Shown here piece by piece: positions 8,707 through 16,965 of a DNA stretch of 64,000 nt. The position numbers were made by a program, and so were the translations under genes. The notes under the pieces are model-generated. The model made no database searches, had not been told where the DNA came from, and saw only the letters and a program-made list of their open reading frames with translations. The stretch spans positions 1,391,725-1,455,724 of the forward strand of contig NZ_CP047173.1 of the NCBI RefSeq assembly GCF_009834185.1. The letters run 5' to 3'. Origin of the DNA: Rathayibacter sp. VKM Ac-2760 (GTDB lineage Bacteria; Actinomycetota; Actinomycetes; Actinomycetales; Microbacteriaceae). Numbering within the stretch: position 1 is the stretch's first letter; every line of letters begins with the position of its first letter.

Positions 8707-9851
8707 CAGGCGCCGGCGGTCTTCAGCACGCCGCAGGCGCCGCAGGCCGCGCAGCCCGCCTTCTGGCCGGAGGAGAGCATCCCCGCCGCGATCAGCAGCG
8801 CGGCGACCTGCTCGCTCACCTTCTCCAGCAGCGAGCCGGCCGGCGGCAGGACGTGGTCCACCTCCGTCGCGAGCGTGCCCCTGAGCGGCCGGAACGGCAC
8901 CACGAACGGGTAGATCCCGCGCTCGATCAGCTCGCCGGCGCTCGCGACCAGCTCGTCGGGATCCTCGCCGAGGCCGACGAGCAGGTAGGTCGAGACCTGG
9001 TTGCGGCCGAAGATCCGCACCGCCTCGTCCCAGGCCTCCCAGTACTTCGCGGTCGAGACGCGCGCCTTGCCGGGGGTCCAGCGGCGGCGGATGTCGTCGT
9101 CCATCGACTCGATGTGGATGCCGATCGAGAGGGCGCCGGCGTCCTTCAGCTCCTGCAGCGCGGCGAGGTCCTCCGGCGGCTCGCACTGCACCTGGATCGG
9201 CAGCCCGGGCACGGCCTCGAGCACAGCGCGGACGCAGCGGGCGAGGTGCCGGGCGCCGCGGTCGCGACCCTTCGAGGTGCCGGTGGTCATCACCATCTGG
9301 CGGATGCCGTCCAGCCGGGCGGCTGCCTCGGCGACCTCGGCGAGCTGCGCGGGGGTCTTCACGGCGATGGTGGAGTCGTTGGCGAGCGAGGCCTCGATCG
9401 CGCAGAAGCGGCAGCGCTCGGCCGCGTCGTAGCGCATGCAGGTCTGCACGACGGTGGTGGCGAGGATGTTCCGGCCGTGCAGGCGGGCGATCTTCTCGTA
9501 GGAGACGCCGTCGGCGGTGCTGAGGTCGTAGAAGCGCGGGCGCTTCACCGGCTCCACGTCGAGGCCGATGTCGGCGCCGTCGAGCAGGAGCCGGCCGTTG
9601 GTCACGGCGTAGGGGCTCTTCGGGTTGACGGGGATGGCGGCGCCGAGGCCGCCGAGCATCACGTGGCCGTCGTCGCTCGGGCCGGCGCCCGCCTCGCGGT
9701 GCACGGGGGCGTCGACGCGGATGCCCTGCAGGGCGATGTCGACGCGGGTGCGCAGGGCGGACGGGGCGGCTCCGCAGCCGGAGTCGGCGGGAGCGGTGTC
9801 GGTCGGGGCACTGTCGATGGTGCGGAGGCGGGGCATCTGCAGGTCGGTCAT
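8706..9851 (-). CDS. radical SAM protein (MSMEG_0568 type)
   Basis: 381-aa ORF with Cys triad C138-x8-C147-x2-C150 (TCMRYDAAERCRFCA) and a C-terminal CAACGAC. The cluster context matches Nit1C. Confidence 0.8.
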   Translation of the reverse strand: MTDLQMPRLRTIDSAPTDTAPADSGCGAAPSALRTRVDIALQGIRVDAPVHREAGAGPSDDGHVMLGGLGAAIPVNPKSPYAVTNGRLLLDGADIGLDVEPVKRPRFYDLSTADGVSYEKIARLHGRNILATTVVQTCMRYDAAERCRFCAIEASLANDSTIAVKTPAQLAEVAEAAARLDGIRQMVMTTGTSKGRDRGARHLARCVRAVLEAVPGLPIQVQCEPPEDLAALQELKDAGALSIGIHIESMDDDIRRRWTPGKARVSTAKYWEAWDEAVRIFGRNQVSTYLLVGLGEDPDELVASAGELIERGIYPFVVPFRPLRGTLATEVDHVLPPAGSLLEKVSEQVAALLIAAGMLSSGQKAGCAACGACGVLKTAGA

Positions 9852-9929
9852 GGTGCTCCTCGGATTCTCGAGTCGAGCGGTGCGCGACGGCGAGTCCGAC
9901 GTCGTGAGCCTCCATTAGGTCAACGCGGT

Positions 9930-9945
9930 GTTTCGGAGCGATGAC
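9930..9945 (-). promoter_or_regulatory. candidate GlnR-type box (GTCAT-n6-GAAAC on minus strand)
   Basis: The plus strand reads GTTTCGGAGCGATGAC. It resembles the actinobacterial GlnR a/b-site pattern gTnAc-n6-GaAAc and sits in the divergent control region. Confidence 0.2.
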
Positions 9946-10019
9946 ATCGGGAACGCGATCGTGTTACATCCGGCGGCCGCCCCGGAGCCCGCCCGGCGTC
10001 ACGCAGGCTTCTTCTGGCC

Positions 10020-10035
10020 GAAACCACTTCGAAAC
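10020..10035 (+). promoter_or_regulatory. candidate GlnR-type b-site pair (GAAAC-n6-GAAAC)
   Basis: GAAACCACTTCGAAAC lies about 195 nt upstream of the Sll0783-like start. Confidence 0.2.
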
Positions 10036-10229
10036 ACGAGCGGCCTTGACTGGACGCAGTCGGGACGAACGCTCCCGACCCGGCCCCGTCGCTCCGCTCG
10101 CCCTCGAACCGCCCCGAGCGACGCCGGCCTCTGCATCACAGCACCGCCCGTTCCACCCGGCACTCCTGTCCCTGCACCACTCGCTCGCGCCCCGCCCGGC
10201 GCGCTCCTCACCGAACCCCGGAGGTTCCC

Positions 10230-10799
10230 ATGACCGACGACCAGACCACCCCCGCCGACGTCAGCACGGACGACCAGGCCGCGATCGAAGAGCAGATCAG
10301 CGCCAACATCGAGAAGTCGCGCGGCGAGATCGCGCACCCCTCGCTGCCCAAGGGCAGCAACCTCTACGGCTCCACCAAGGTCTTCCCCGACTACCAGGCC
10401 GAGCCCGGGCAGTCCTACTTCACCCTCGTGCACGGCATCGCGCACGAGTCCTCGGTCAGCTTCGTCGCGATCCTGCAGGCGACCCGCGCGGCCCGCAAGG
10501 GCTTCGAGTCGGCCGTCTACTTCTACGGCCCCGGCACGATCAACGCGATGGCGACCCGTGGCTTCCCGACGGTCGGCGACTCCGGCTTCCCGGGGGAGCA
10601 GAACATCAACGACGCCCTGAAGACCTTCATCGACGAGGGCAACCGCGTCTTCGTCTGCCGCTTCGGCATGGCGCTGCACGGCCTGCGCGAGGAGGACCTG
10701 ATCGAGGGCACCATCCCCTGCCACCCGCTCGACGTGCAGGACGCCGTCATCCACTACGCCCGCAAGGGCGCCATCATCAACTCGACCTACAACCTCTAG
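10230..10799 (+). CDS. MSMEG_0572/Sll0783-family nitrogen-starvation response protein
   Basis: 189-aa ORF. GGAGG lies 6 nt upstream of the ATG. It is the first gene of the plus-strand arm of the Nit1C-like cluster. Confidence 0.75.
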   Translation: MTDDQTTPADVSTDDQAAIEEQISANIEKSRGEIAHPSLPKGSNLYGSTKVFPDYQAEPGQSYFTLVHGIAHESSVSFVAILQATRAARKGFESAVYFYGPGTINAMATRGFPTVGDSGFPGEQNINDALKTFIDEGNRVFVCRFGMALHGLREEDLIEGTIPCHPLDVQDAVIHYARKGAIINSTYNL

Positions 10800-10808
10800 G
10801 CCGCCGCC

Positions 10809-11687
10809 ATGACCGTCGTCGGATCGGTCGCGGCGAACTTCACCCGCGACCTCGATCAGAACTACGCGCTCATCGCCGCGCTGGCCGAGGAGGCCCGGGA
10901 GAAGCGGGTCGAGTTCCTCGTCCTGCCCGAGGCCGCGATCGGCGGCTACCTCTCCTCGCTCGGCAATCACGGCGACACCGTCAAGACGACGACCCGATCG
11001 ATGCCACCGGCGATCGCGCTGGACGGGCCGGAGCTGCGCCGGGTGCAGGAGATCGCGGGCGACCTGCTGGTCGCGATCGGCTTCTGCGAGCTCGACGAGG
11101 ACGGCGAGACCCGCTACAACGCGGCCGCCCTGCTCGACGGCGGGCAGATCTACGGCAGCTACCGCAAGGTGCACCAGCCGCTCGGCGAGCACATGTCCTA
11201 CTCGCCCGGGCCCGGCTACTCGGTCTTCGAGACGCCGGTCGGCCGGGTCGGGCTGCAGATCTGCTACGACAAGGCCTTCCCGGAGGCGGCCCGCTCGATG
11301 GCGCTGGACGGGGCGGAGATCATCGCCTCGCTCTCGGCCTGGCCGGCCGCGCGGACGGCGACGGCGGAGAACCTGCAGGAGGACCGCTGGACCTACCGCT
11401 TCAACCAGTTCGACATCGCGCGGGCCCTGGACAACCAGGTGTTCTGGCTGGCGTCGAACCAGTCCGGCACCTTCGGGTCGCTCCGCTACGTGGGCAACGC
11501 GAAGGTCGTCGATCCGGGCGGCAACATCCTCGCGACGACGCTGCTCGGCTCCGGCATGGCGGTCGCCGACATCGACGTGCGGGGCACCTTCGAGGCGATG
11601 CGCGGCGGGATGTTCCACCTGCGCGACCGCCGGCCGGACGCCTACGACATCGACCGCGTCTGGAGCGGAGGGCTGGTCCATGCCTGA
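10809..11687 (+). CDS. nitrilase / carbon-nitrogen hydrolase (Nit1C-type)
   Basis: 292 aa with an intact E-K-C triad context (LVLPEAA, YRKVHQP, LQICYDKAFPE; Cys codon 11262-11264). Confidence 0.85.
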   Translation: MTVVGSVAANFTRDLDQNYALIAALAEEAREKRVEFLVLPEAAIGGYLSSLGNHGDTVKTTTRSMPPAIALDGPELRRVQEIAGDLLVAIGFCELDEDGETRYNAAALLDGGQIYGSYRKVHQPLGEHMSYSPGPGYSVFETPVGRVGLQICYDKAFPEAARSMALDGAEIIASLSAWPAARTATAENLQEDRWTYRFNQFDIARALDNQVFWLASNQSGTFGSLRYVGNAKVVDPGGNILATTLLGSGMAVADIDVRGTFEAMRGGMFHLRDRRPDAYDIDRVWSGGLVHA

Positions 11688-12000
11688 GATGACCTTCCAC
11701 GTCCGCTGGCCGGACGGCGTCGAGGAGCGCTGCTACTCGCCGAGCCTGGTGATGCACGACTACCTCGCCGAGGGCGAGAGCTATCCGCTCGAGGACTTCG
11801 TCGGGCGCTCGACCGAGGCGCTGCGGCTGGCCAGCGAGCGGGTGCGCGCGAAGTTCGGCTTCGCCTGCACCTCCGCGCTGCAGCAGGAGTCGGAGATCGT
11901 CGCGGCCGCCGCGCGCTTCGACGGCGGGCGGGTGCGGGTGCTGGCGATGGATCCGCCGCTGCCGTCCGCTGCTCCGACCGTGCAGGGGACGCGCGCATGA
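11680..12000 (+). CDS. MSMEG_0570-family small protein
   Basis: 106-aa ORF. It has an 8-nt overlap with the nitrilase gene and an ATGA overlap with the flavoprotein gene. Confidence 0.7.
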   Translation: MPEMTFHVRWPDGVEERCYSPSLVMHDYLAEGESYPLEDFVGRSTEALRLASERVRAKFGFACTSALQQESEIVAAAARFDGGRVRVLAMDPPLPSAAPTVQGTRA

Positions 12001-13271
12001 CCGCGCTCGAGAACGGCCGGCACCTGCCGGTCGCCGTGATCGGCGCCGGTCAGGCCGGGCTGTCGATCAGCCGCCTGCTCACGGACGAGGGCGTCGAGCA
12101 CCTCGTGATCGAGCGCGACACGATCGCGCACGACTGGCTCGACCGCCGCTGGGACAACTTCACCCTCGTCACGCCGAACTGGCAGTGCCGGCTCCCGGGT
12201 TACCCCTACGACGGCGACGACCCGCACGGCTTCATGACCCGCGACGAGGTGCACGCCTGGGTGCGGCGCTACGCGGAGTCGTTCGACGCTCCGGTCGTGG
12301 AGGACACCGAGGTGCTGCGGCTGCGCGAGGGCGCGGACGGGGCCTTCGAGATCGTCACCTCGCGCGGCACGATCACGGCCGACCAGGTCGTCGTCGCGAC
12401 CGGCGGCTACCACCGGCCGGTGCTGCCGGCGGTCGCGCACCGCATCCCGGACTCGGTCGTGCAGCTGCACTCGGCCGACTACCGCTCGGCCGCGGCGCTG
12501 CCCGAGGGCGGGGTGCTCGTGGTCGGCTCCGGCCAGTCCGGCGCGCAGATCGCGGAGGACCTCTTCCTCGAGGGGCGCGCCGTGCACCTGGCGCTGGGGA
12601 CCGCTCCGAGAGTCGCCCGGTTCTACCGCGGGCGGGACTGCGTCGCGTGGCTCGCCGACATGGGCGTCTACGACGTGCCGGTGCACGCGCAGGTGGGCGG
12701 GCTCTCGAAGCGGGAGTCGACCAATCACTACGTCACCGGGCGCGGCGGCGGGCGGGATATCGACCTGCGGGCGTTCGCGCGCGACGGGATGCACCTCTAC
12801 GGGCGGCTGCAGCAGGTCGACGGTGCGTCGCTCCGGTTCGCGCCGACGGCCGAGGCGTCGCTCGACTACGCGGACTCGGTCGCCGAGTCGATCAAGAACG
12901 ACATCGACGCCTACATCGAGCGCTCGGGCGTGCAGGCGCCGACCGAGGCCCGCTACACCCCGGTCTGGCGGCCGGAGCGCGAGATCGAGGAGCTGGACCT
13001 GGCGGCCGCCGGGATCACGAGCATCGTCTGGGCGGTCGGCTTCCGCGCCGACTACTCCTGGATGCAGATCGGCGTCTTCGACGGCGCCGGGCACCCCACC
13101 CACCGCCGCGGCGCGACCGCGGTGCCGGGGCTGCACTTCCTCGGGCTGCCGTGGCTGAACACCTGGGGCTCCGGCCGCTTCGAGGCGATCGCGCGGGATG
13201 CGGAGCACGTGGTGCAGCAGCTGCTCGGCGGCGCGCGGTTGGACCGGTTCGAGGGCGCCGCGGTACGGTGA
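11997..13271 (+). CDS. flavin-dependent oxidoreductase (MSMEG_0569 type)
   Basis: 424 aa with two dinucleotide-binding motifs (VIGAGQAGLS, VVGSGQSGAQIA). Confidence 0.8.
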   Translation: MTALENGRHLPVAVIGAGQAGLSISRLLTDEGVEHLVIERDTIAHDWLDRRWDNFTLVTPNWQCRLPGYPYDGDDPHGFMTRDEVHAWVRRYAESFDAPVVEDTEVLRLREGADGAFEIVTSRGTITADQVVVATGGYHRPVLPAVAHRIPDSVVQLHSADYRSAAALPEGGVLVVGSGQSGAQIAEDLFLEGRAVHLALGTAPRVARFYRGRDCVAWLADMGVYDVPVHAQVGGLSKRESTNHYVTGRGGGRDIDLRAFARDGMHLYGRLQQVDGASLRFAPTAEASLDYADSVAESIKNDIDAYIERSGVQAPTEARYTPVWRPEREIEELDLAAAGITSIVWAVGFRADYSWMQIGVFDGAGHPTHRRGATAVPGLHFLGLPWLNTWGSGRFEAIARDAEHVVQQLLGGARLDRFEGAAVR

Positions 13272-13298
13272 CGGCCGCGCGCTCGCCCCGGGCGCGCC

Positions 13299-13334
13299 TC
13301 CGGCCGCTCGTCCGGCCGCTCGTCCGGCCGGGCG
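13299..13334. repeat. 12-bp tandem repeat x3 (TCCGGCCGCTCG)
   Basis: Three consecutive copies (the third is degenerate) in the spacer between the flavoprotein gene and the second C-N hydrolase gene. Confidence 0.6.
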
Positions 13335-13352
13335 GGGCGAGAGAAGAGGACC

Positions 13353-14207
13353 ATGTCGAGCATCACCCTGGCCGCGGTCGCGGCGCACTTCGGCCGCGAT
13401 CTCGAGCGCACCCTCGTCAAGCTGCCCGGCATGATCGCGAGCGCGCAGGAGCGCGGGATCGACCTGCTGGTGCTGCCCGACGCGACGCTCGGCGGCTACC
13501 TGCTCGACATGCACCACCCCGGCCCGGACGACCTGCCGCAGGCCGTGGAGGTCGACGGGCCGGAGGTCGCCGCGGTCGCGGCGATGGCGGGGGACACGAC
13601 GGTGTGCTTCGGCATCGCCGAGCGCGCGCTCGAGGGCGGCGAGGTCCGCCGCTACAACTCGGCGGTCTGCGTGCAGGGCGGCCGGGTGATCGGGACGCAC
13701 CGGAAGGTGCACCTGCCGCTGGGCGAATCGGAGGCGTACGCGGCGGGCGACGCGTTCCGCTCCTTCGACTCCGCGGTCGGGCGGATCGGGATGATGATCG
13801 ACTTCGACAAGACCTTCCCCGAGTCGGCGCGCTCGCTGGCGCTGGACGGGGCGGAGATCCTCTGCTGCCTCAGCGCCTGGCCGGCCAGCGTCACCGACCG
13901 GTCCGACCGGATCCGCAACGACCGGCAGGCGCACCTGTTCGACCTCTACGACTGCGCGCGCGCCGCCGAGAACCAGGTCTACCTGGTGTCCTCGAACCAG
14001 ACAGGCGTGCTCGGCGGGCTGCGCTTCCTCGGGCAGGCGAAGGTCGTCGATCCGGCCGGCGAGATCATCGCGAAGACGTGGGCGAAGGGCGGGCTCGCGG
14101 TCGCGACGGACGACGTGTCCGCGTCCGTGGCGCGAGCCCGGCGGAGCATGGACCACCTGCGGGACCGCGCCGTGCACGCGTACCACGGGGCGGCGCCCAC
14201 CGGCTGA
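13353..14207 (+). CDS. carbon-nitrogen hydrolase family paralogue lacking the catalytic Cys (MSMEG_0566-like position)
   Basis: 284 aa, alignable to the nitrilase. It has LVLPDAT (Glu to Asp), HRKVHLP (Lys kept) and MMIDFDKTFPE (Cys to Asp, codon 13800-13802). Confidence 0.8.
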   Translation: MSSITLAAVAAHFGRDLERTLVKLPGMIASAQERGIDLLVLPDATLGGYLLDMHHPGPDDLPQAVEVDGPEVAAVAAMAGDTTVCFGIAERALEGGEVRRYNSAVCVQGGRVIGTHRKVHLPLGESEAYAAGDAFRSFDSAVGRIGMMIDFDKTFPESARSLALDGAEILCCLSAWPASVTDRSDRIRNDRQAHLFDLYDCARAAENQVYLVSSNQTGVLGGLRFLGQAKVVDPAGEIIAKTWAKGGLAVATDDVSASVARARRSMDHLRDRAVHAYHGAAPTG

Positions 14208-14278
14208 CCCGGCCGGCCTGCCCGCCCGGCTGCCCGGCCCCGCTGCCCACCCGCCCGCTCGATCGAGAAGGAGACCCC

Positions 14279-15385
14279 GTGCGGATCGCGCAGCTGACCT
14301 ACTCCACCAGGCCCCGCGGCGGCGTGGTGCACACGCTCGCGCTCTCGGAGGCGCTGGCCCGGCGCGGGCACGAGGTGACCGTCTGGACGCTCGGCCGCGG
14401 CGGTGACTCCGCCTTCTTCCGCGCGGTCGATCCCGCCGTGGCGGTCCGGGTCGTGCCGTTCGCGGCGCGAGAGGGCGAGAGCGTCGGCGACCGGATCGTC
14501 CGCTCCCTCGATGCGCTCGCGGCCGGGCTCGCGGCGACGGGCGGGACGGAGTGGGACGTCGTGCACGCGCAGGACTGCATCTCGGCCAACGCCGCGCTCC
14601 GTGCCGGCGCCGCCGGACCGGGCGGGCTGCTGCGCACCGTGCACCACCTCGATGAGTTCACGACGCCGGCGCTGATCGACTGCCACGAGCGCGCGCTCAC
14701 CGGGCCGGCCGCGCTGCTCGCGGTCTCGGCGTCGGTCGCGGGCGACGTCGCCGCAGGCTGGGGCCGCGAGCCGACCGTGATCCCGAACGGCGTCGACGCC
14801 GCGCGCTTCGCCGCCGCCGCGGGCGGCCAGGGGGTCGCCGAGTGGCGGGCCGAGCTCGGCCGCTACGTGCTCGCGCTCGGCGGCATCGAGCCGCGGAAGG
14901 GCAGCGTCGACCTGCTGGCGGCGTTCGCGGGACTCGCGCCCGGCACGGTGCTCGTCTTCGGCGGCGGGGAGACGCTGTTCGACTACCGGGGCTATCGCGA
15001 GGAGTTCGAGCGCCGGGCGGCCGAGCTGGGGGTGACGCCGGTCGTGCTCGGCACGGTGCCCGAGGAGCGGCTCGCAGCGCTCGTCGCCGGCGCGGCGGTG
15101 CTCGGCTTCGTCTCGACCAAGGAGGGCTTCGGCCTCGCGGCGATGGAGGCGCTCGCCGCGGGGGTGCCGGTCGTCGCGCGCGATCTGCCGGTGCTGCGCG
15201 AGGTGTTCGGCGGGACGGTGGCGTACGGGAGCGACGTGGCGGGCATCCGGGCGGCGCTGGCCGCGGCGCTCGCGGGGGAGGCGCCGGACCCGCGGCCCGG
15301 GCGGGAGCTGGCCTTCTCGCACTCCTGGGACGACGTCGCCGCGAGCCACGAGGCCCTGTACCGGTCGCACGCGAGCGCCGCCTGA
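14279..15385 (+). CDS. glycosyltransferase (MSMEG_0565 type, GT-B/GT4-like)
   Basis: GTG at 14279 is preceded by GAAGGAG. The sequence VRIAQLTYSTRPRGGVVHTLALSEALARRGHEV ... EGFGLAAMEALAAGVPVV is GT-like; the upstream part of track ORF 12185..15385 is shadow. Confidence 0.8.
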   Translation: MRIAQLTYSTRPRGGVVHTLALSEALARRGHEVTVWTLGRGGDSAFFRAVDPAVAVRVVPFAAREGESVGDRIVRSLDALAAGLAATGGTEWDVVHAQDCISANAALRAGAAGPGGLLRTVHHLDEFTTPALIDCHERALTGPAALLAVSASVAGDVAAGWGREPTVIPNGVDAARFAAAAGGQGVAEWRAELGRYVLALGGIEPRKGSVDLLAAFAGLAPGTVLVFGGGETLFDYRGYREEFERRAAELGVTPVVLGTVPEERLAALVAGAAVLGFVSTKEGFGLAAMEALAAGVPVVARDLPVLREVFGGTVAYGSDVAGIRAALAAALAGEAPDPRPGRELAFSHSWDDVAASHEALYRSHASAA

Positions 15386-16800
15386 TGCGCCGCTCGTTCT
15401 CGCGCTGCTTCTCGGCGCTCGCCGCGGAGGATCCCGAGCGGGTCGTGGTCGTCGCGGACGACGCGACGCTCACCGCGGGCGCCCTGGACCGGGCCTCGAA
15501 CCGGCTCGCGCGCGCCTACGCGGCGCGGGGCGTCACTCCGGACTCGCTCGTCGCGGTCTCGCTGCCGAACTCGGCCGAGCTGGTGCTGGCCTGCGCCGCG
15601 ATCTGGAAGGCGGGCGCGACGCCGCAGCCGCTCTCGCGCGGGCTCTCGGCGCGGGAGCTCGCCGAGGTCGGCGCGCTCGGGCGGCCCACGCTGAGCGTCG
15701 GCGTCGAGCTGGAGGGCGTGCCGTTCGTCCCCGCCGGCTTCGAGCCCGACCCGGCGCTGCCGGACGACGAGCTGCCGGATCTCCGGGCGGCGTCGTGGAA
15801 GGCGCCCGCCTCCTCCGGCAGCACCGGTCGGCCGAAGATCGTTCTCGCGGCGGCTCCCGCGCTGATGGACCCGACGCAGCCGGTCGCGGCCTTCCTGCCG
15901 CGGGAGGGGGTGCAGCTCGTGGCCGGGCCGCTCACCCACTCCGCGACCTTCACCTACGCGTTCCGCGGGCTCCTGACCGGGCAGCGGCTGGTGATCCTGC
16001 CGCGCTTCGACGAGGCGCGGGTGCTCGCCGCGATCGCGGCGCACCGGGTGACCTGGGCGCTGCTGGTGCCGACGATGATCCACCGGCTGCTGCGGACGCC
16101 CGCGCACCGGGACGCGGACGTGTCGTCGCTCGAGACGGTGCTGCACCTGGGCTCGCCGTGCCCGCCCGCGGACAAGCGCGCGCTGATCGACTGGGTCGGG
16201 GCGGAGAAGGTGGTCGAGGTCTACGCGGGCAGCGAGTCGAACGGGCTGACGATGATCCGCGGCGACGAGTGGCTGGAGCGGCCCGGCAGTGTCGGCCGGC
16301 CGATCGGCGGCACGGAGCTTCGGGTGCTGCGCCCGGACGGGACGGAGTGCGCGGTCGGTGAGCCGGGGCGGGTCTGGCTGAAGCGCGGCGAGCCGACCTA
16401 CCGCTACCTCGGCGGGGAGTCGAAGCGGACGGAGGACGGCTGGGACACGCTCGGCGACGTCGGCTCGGTCGACGCCGACGGCTACCTGACCGTGCTCGAC
16501 CGGGCCGACGACCTGATCCTGCGCGGCGGGGTGAACGTCTACCCGGCGGAGATCGAGCGGGTGCTGGAGGAGCACCCGGCGGTGCGCGGGGCGGTCGCGT
16601 ACGGCGTCCCGGATGCGGAGCTGGGCCAGGCGATCGAGGCGGTGGTCGACATCGCGGACGCCGCAGTGACGGCGGAGGAGCTGCTCGCCTTCGCGCGCGA
16701 GCACCTCGGCTCACGCGCGCCGCGGGCGCTGCGGCTCCAGCGCTCGCCGCTGCGCGACGACGCGGGCAAGGTGCGGCGCGCGGCGCTCGCGGACGACTGA
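15385..16800 (+). CDS. AMP-dependent synthetase/ligase (acyl/aryl-CoA ligase family)
   Basis: The ATG at 15385 shares 1 nt with the GT stop (TGATG). Adenylation motifs are SSGSTGRPK, YAGSE and GDVGSVDADGYLTVLDR. Confidence 0.8.
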   Translation: MRRSFSRCFSALAAEDPERVVVVADDATLTAGALDRASNRLARAYAARGVTPDSLVAVSLPNSAELVLACAAIWKAGATPQPLSRGLSARELAEVGALGRPTLSVGVELEGVPFVPAGFEPDPALPDDELPDLRAASWKAPASSGSTGRPKIVLAAAPALMDPTQPVAAFLPREGVQLVAGPLTHSATFTYAFRGLLTGQRLVILPRFDEARVLAAIAAHRVTWALLVPTMIHRLLRTPAHRDADVSSLETVLHLGSPCPPADKRALIDWVGAEKVVEVYAGSESNGLTMIRGDEWLERPGSVGRPIGGTELRVLRPDGTECAVGEPGRVWLKRGEPTYRYLGGESKRTEDGWDTLGDVGSVDADGYLTVLDRADDLILRGGVNVYPAEIERVLEEHPAVRGAVAYGVPDAELGQAIEAVVDIADAAVTAEELLAFAREHLGSRAPRALRLQRSPLRDDAGKVRRAALADD

Positions 16801-16847
16801 GCAGCCGCGCAGGCGGGGCCCGCGAGTGGCCGCCGCCCGCAGGTCGC

Positions 16848-16920
16848 CGCACAACATCAGCTGAGAGGTGGGTCCCTCCCCCCACAGCGGAGGCCCTCCC
16901 TTCTCAGCTGATGTTGTGCG
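16848..16920 (+). repeat. family-2 palindromic element, copy B
   Basis: Perfect 19-bp arms, CGCACAACATCAGCTGAGA / TCTCAGCTGATGTTGTGCG. Confidence 0.8.
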
Positions 16921-16965
16921 GGGCTCGACGGCCGTCTCCGGTTTCGGAACGCCCCGGACGGGGAA

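Noticed and set aside
9928-10233. 101-aa track ORF inside the divergent control region of the Nit1C-type cluster.
   Set aside because: The translation is Pro/Arg/Ala-rich, with no RBS and mixed third-position bias. The region is better explained as a promoter/operator region.
12185-14278. N-terminal 698 codons of track ORF 12185..15385, and the N-terminal part of 14842..16800.
   Set aside because: They are out of frame with the well-supported flavoprotein, C-N hydrolase and GT genes. Only the C-terminal parts (GT from 14279, ligase from 15385) have family motifs and RBS or overlap-coupled starts.
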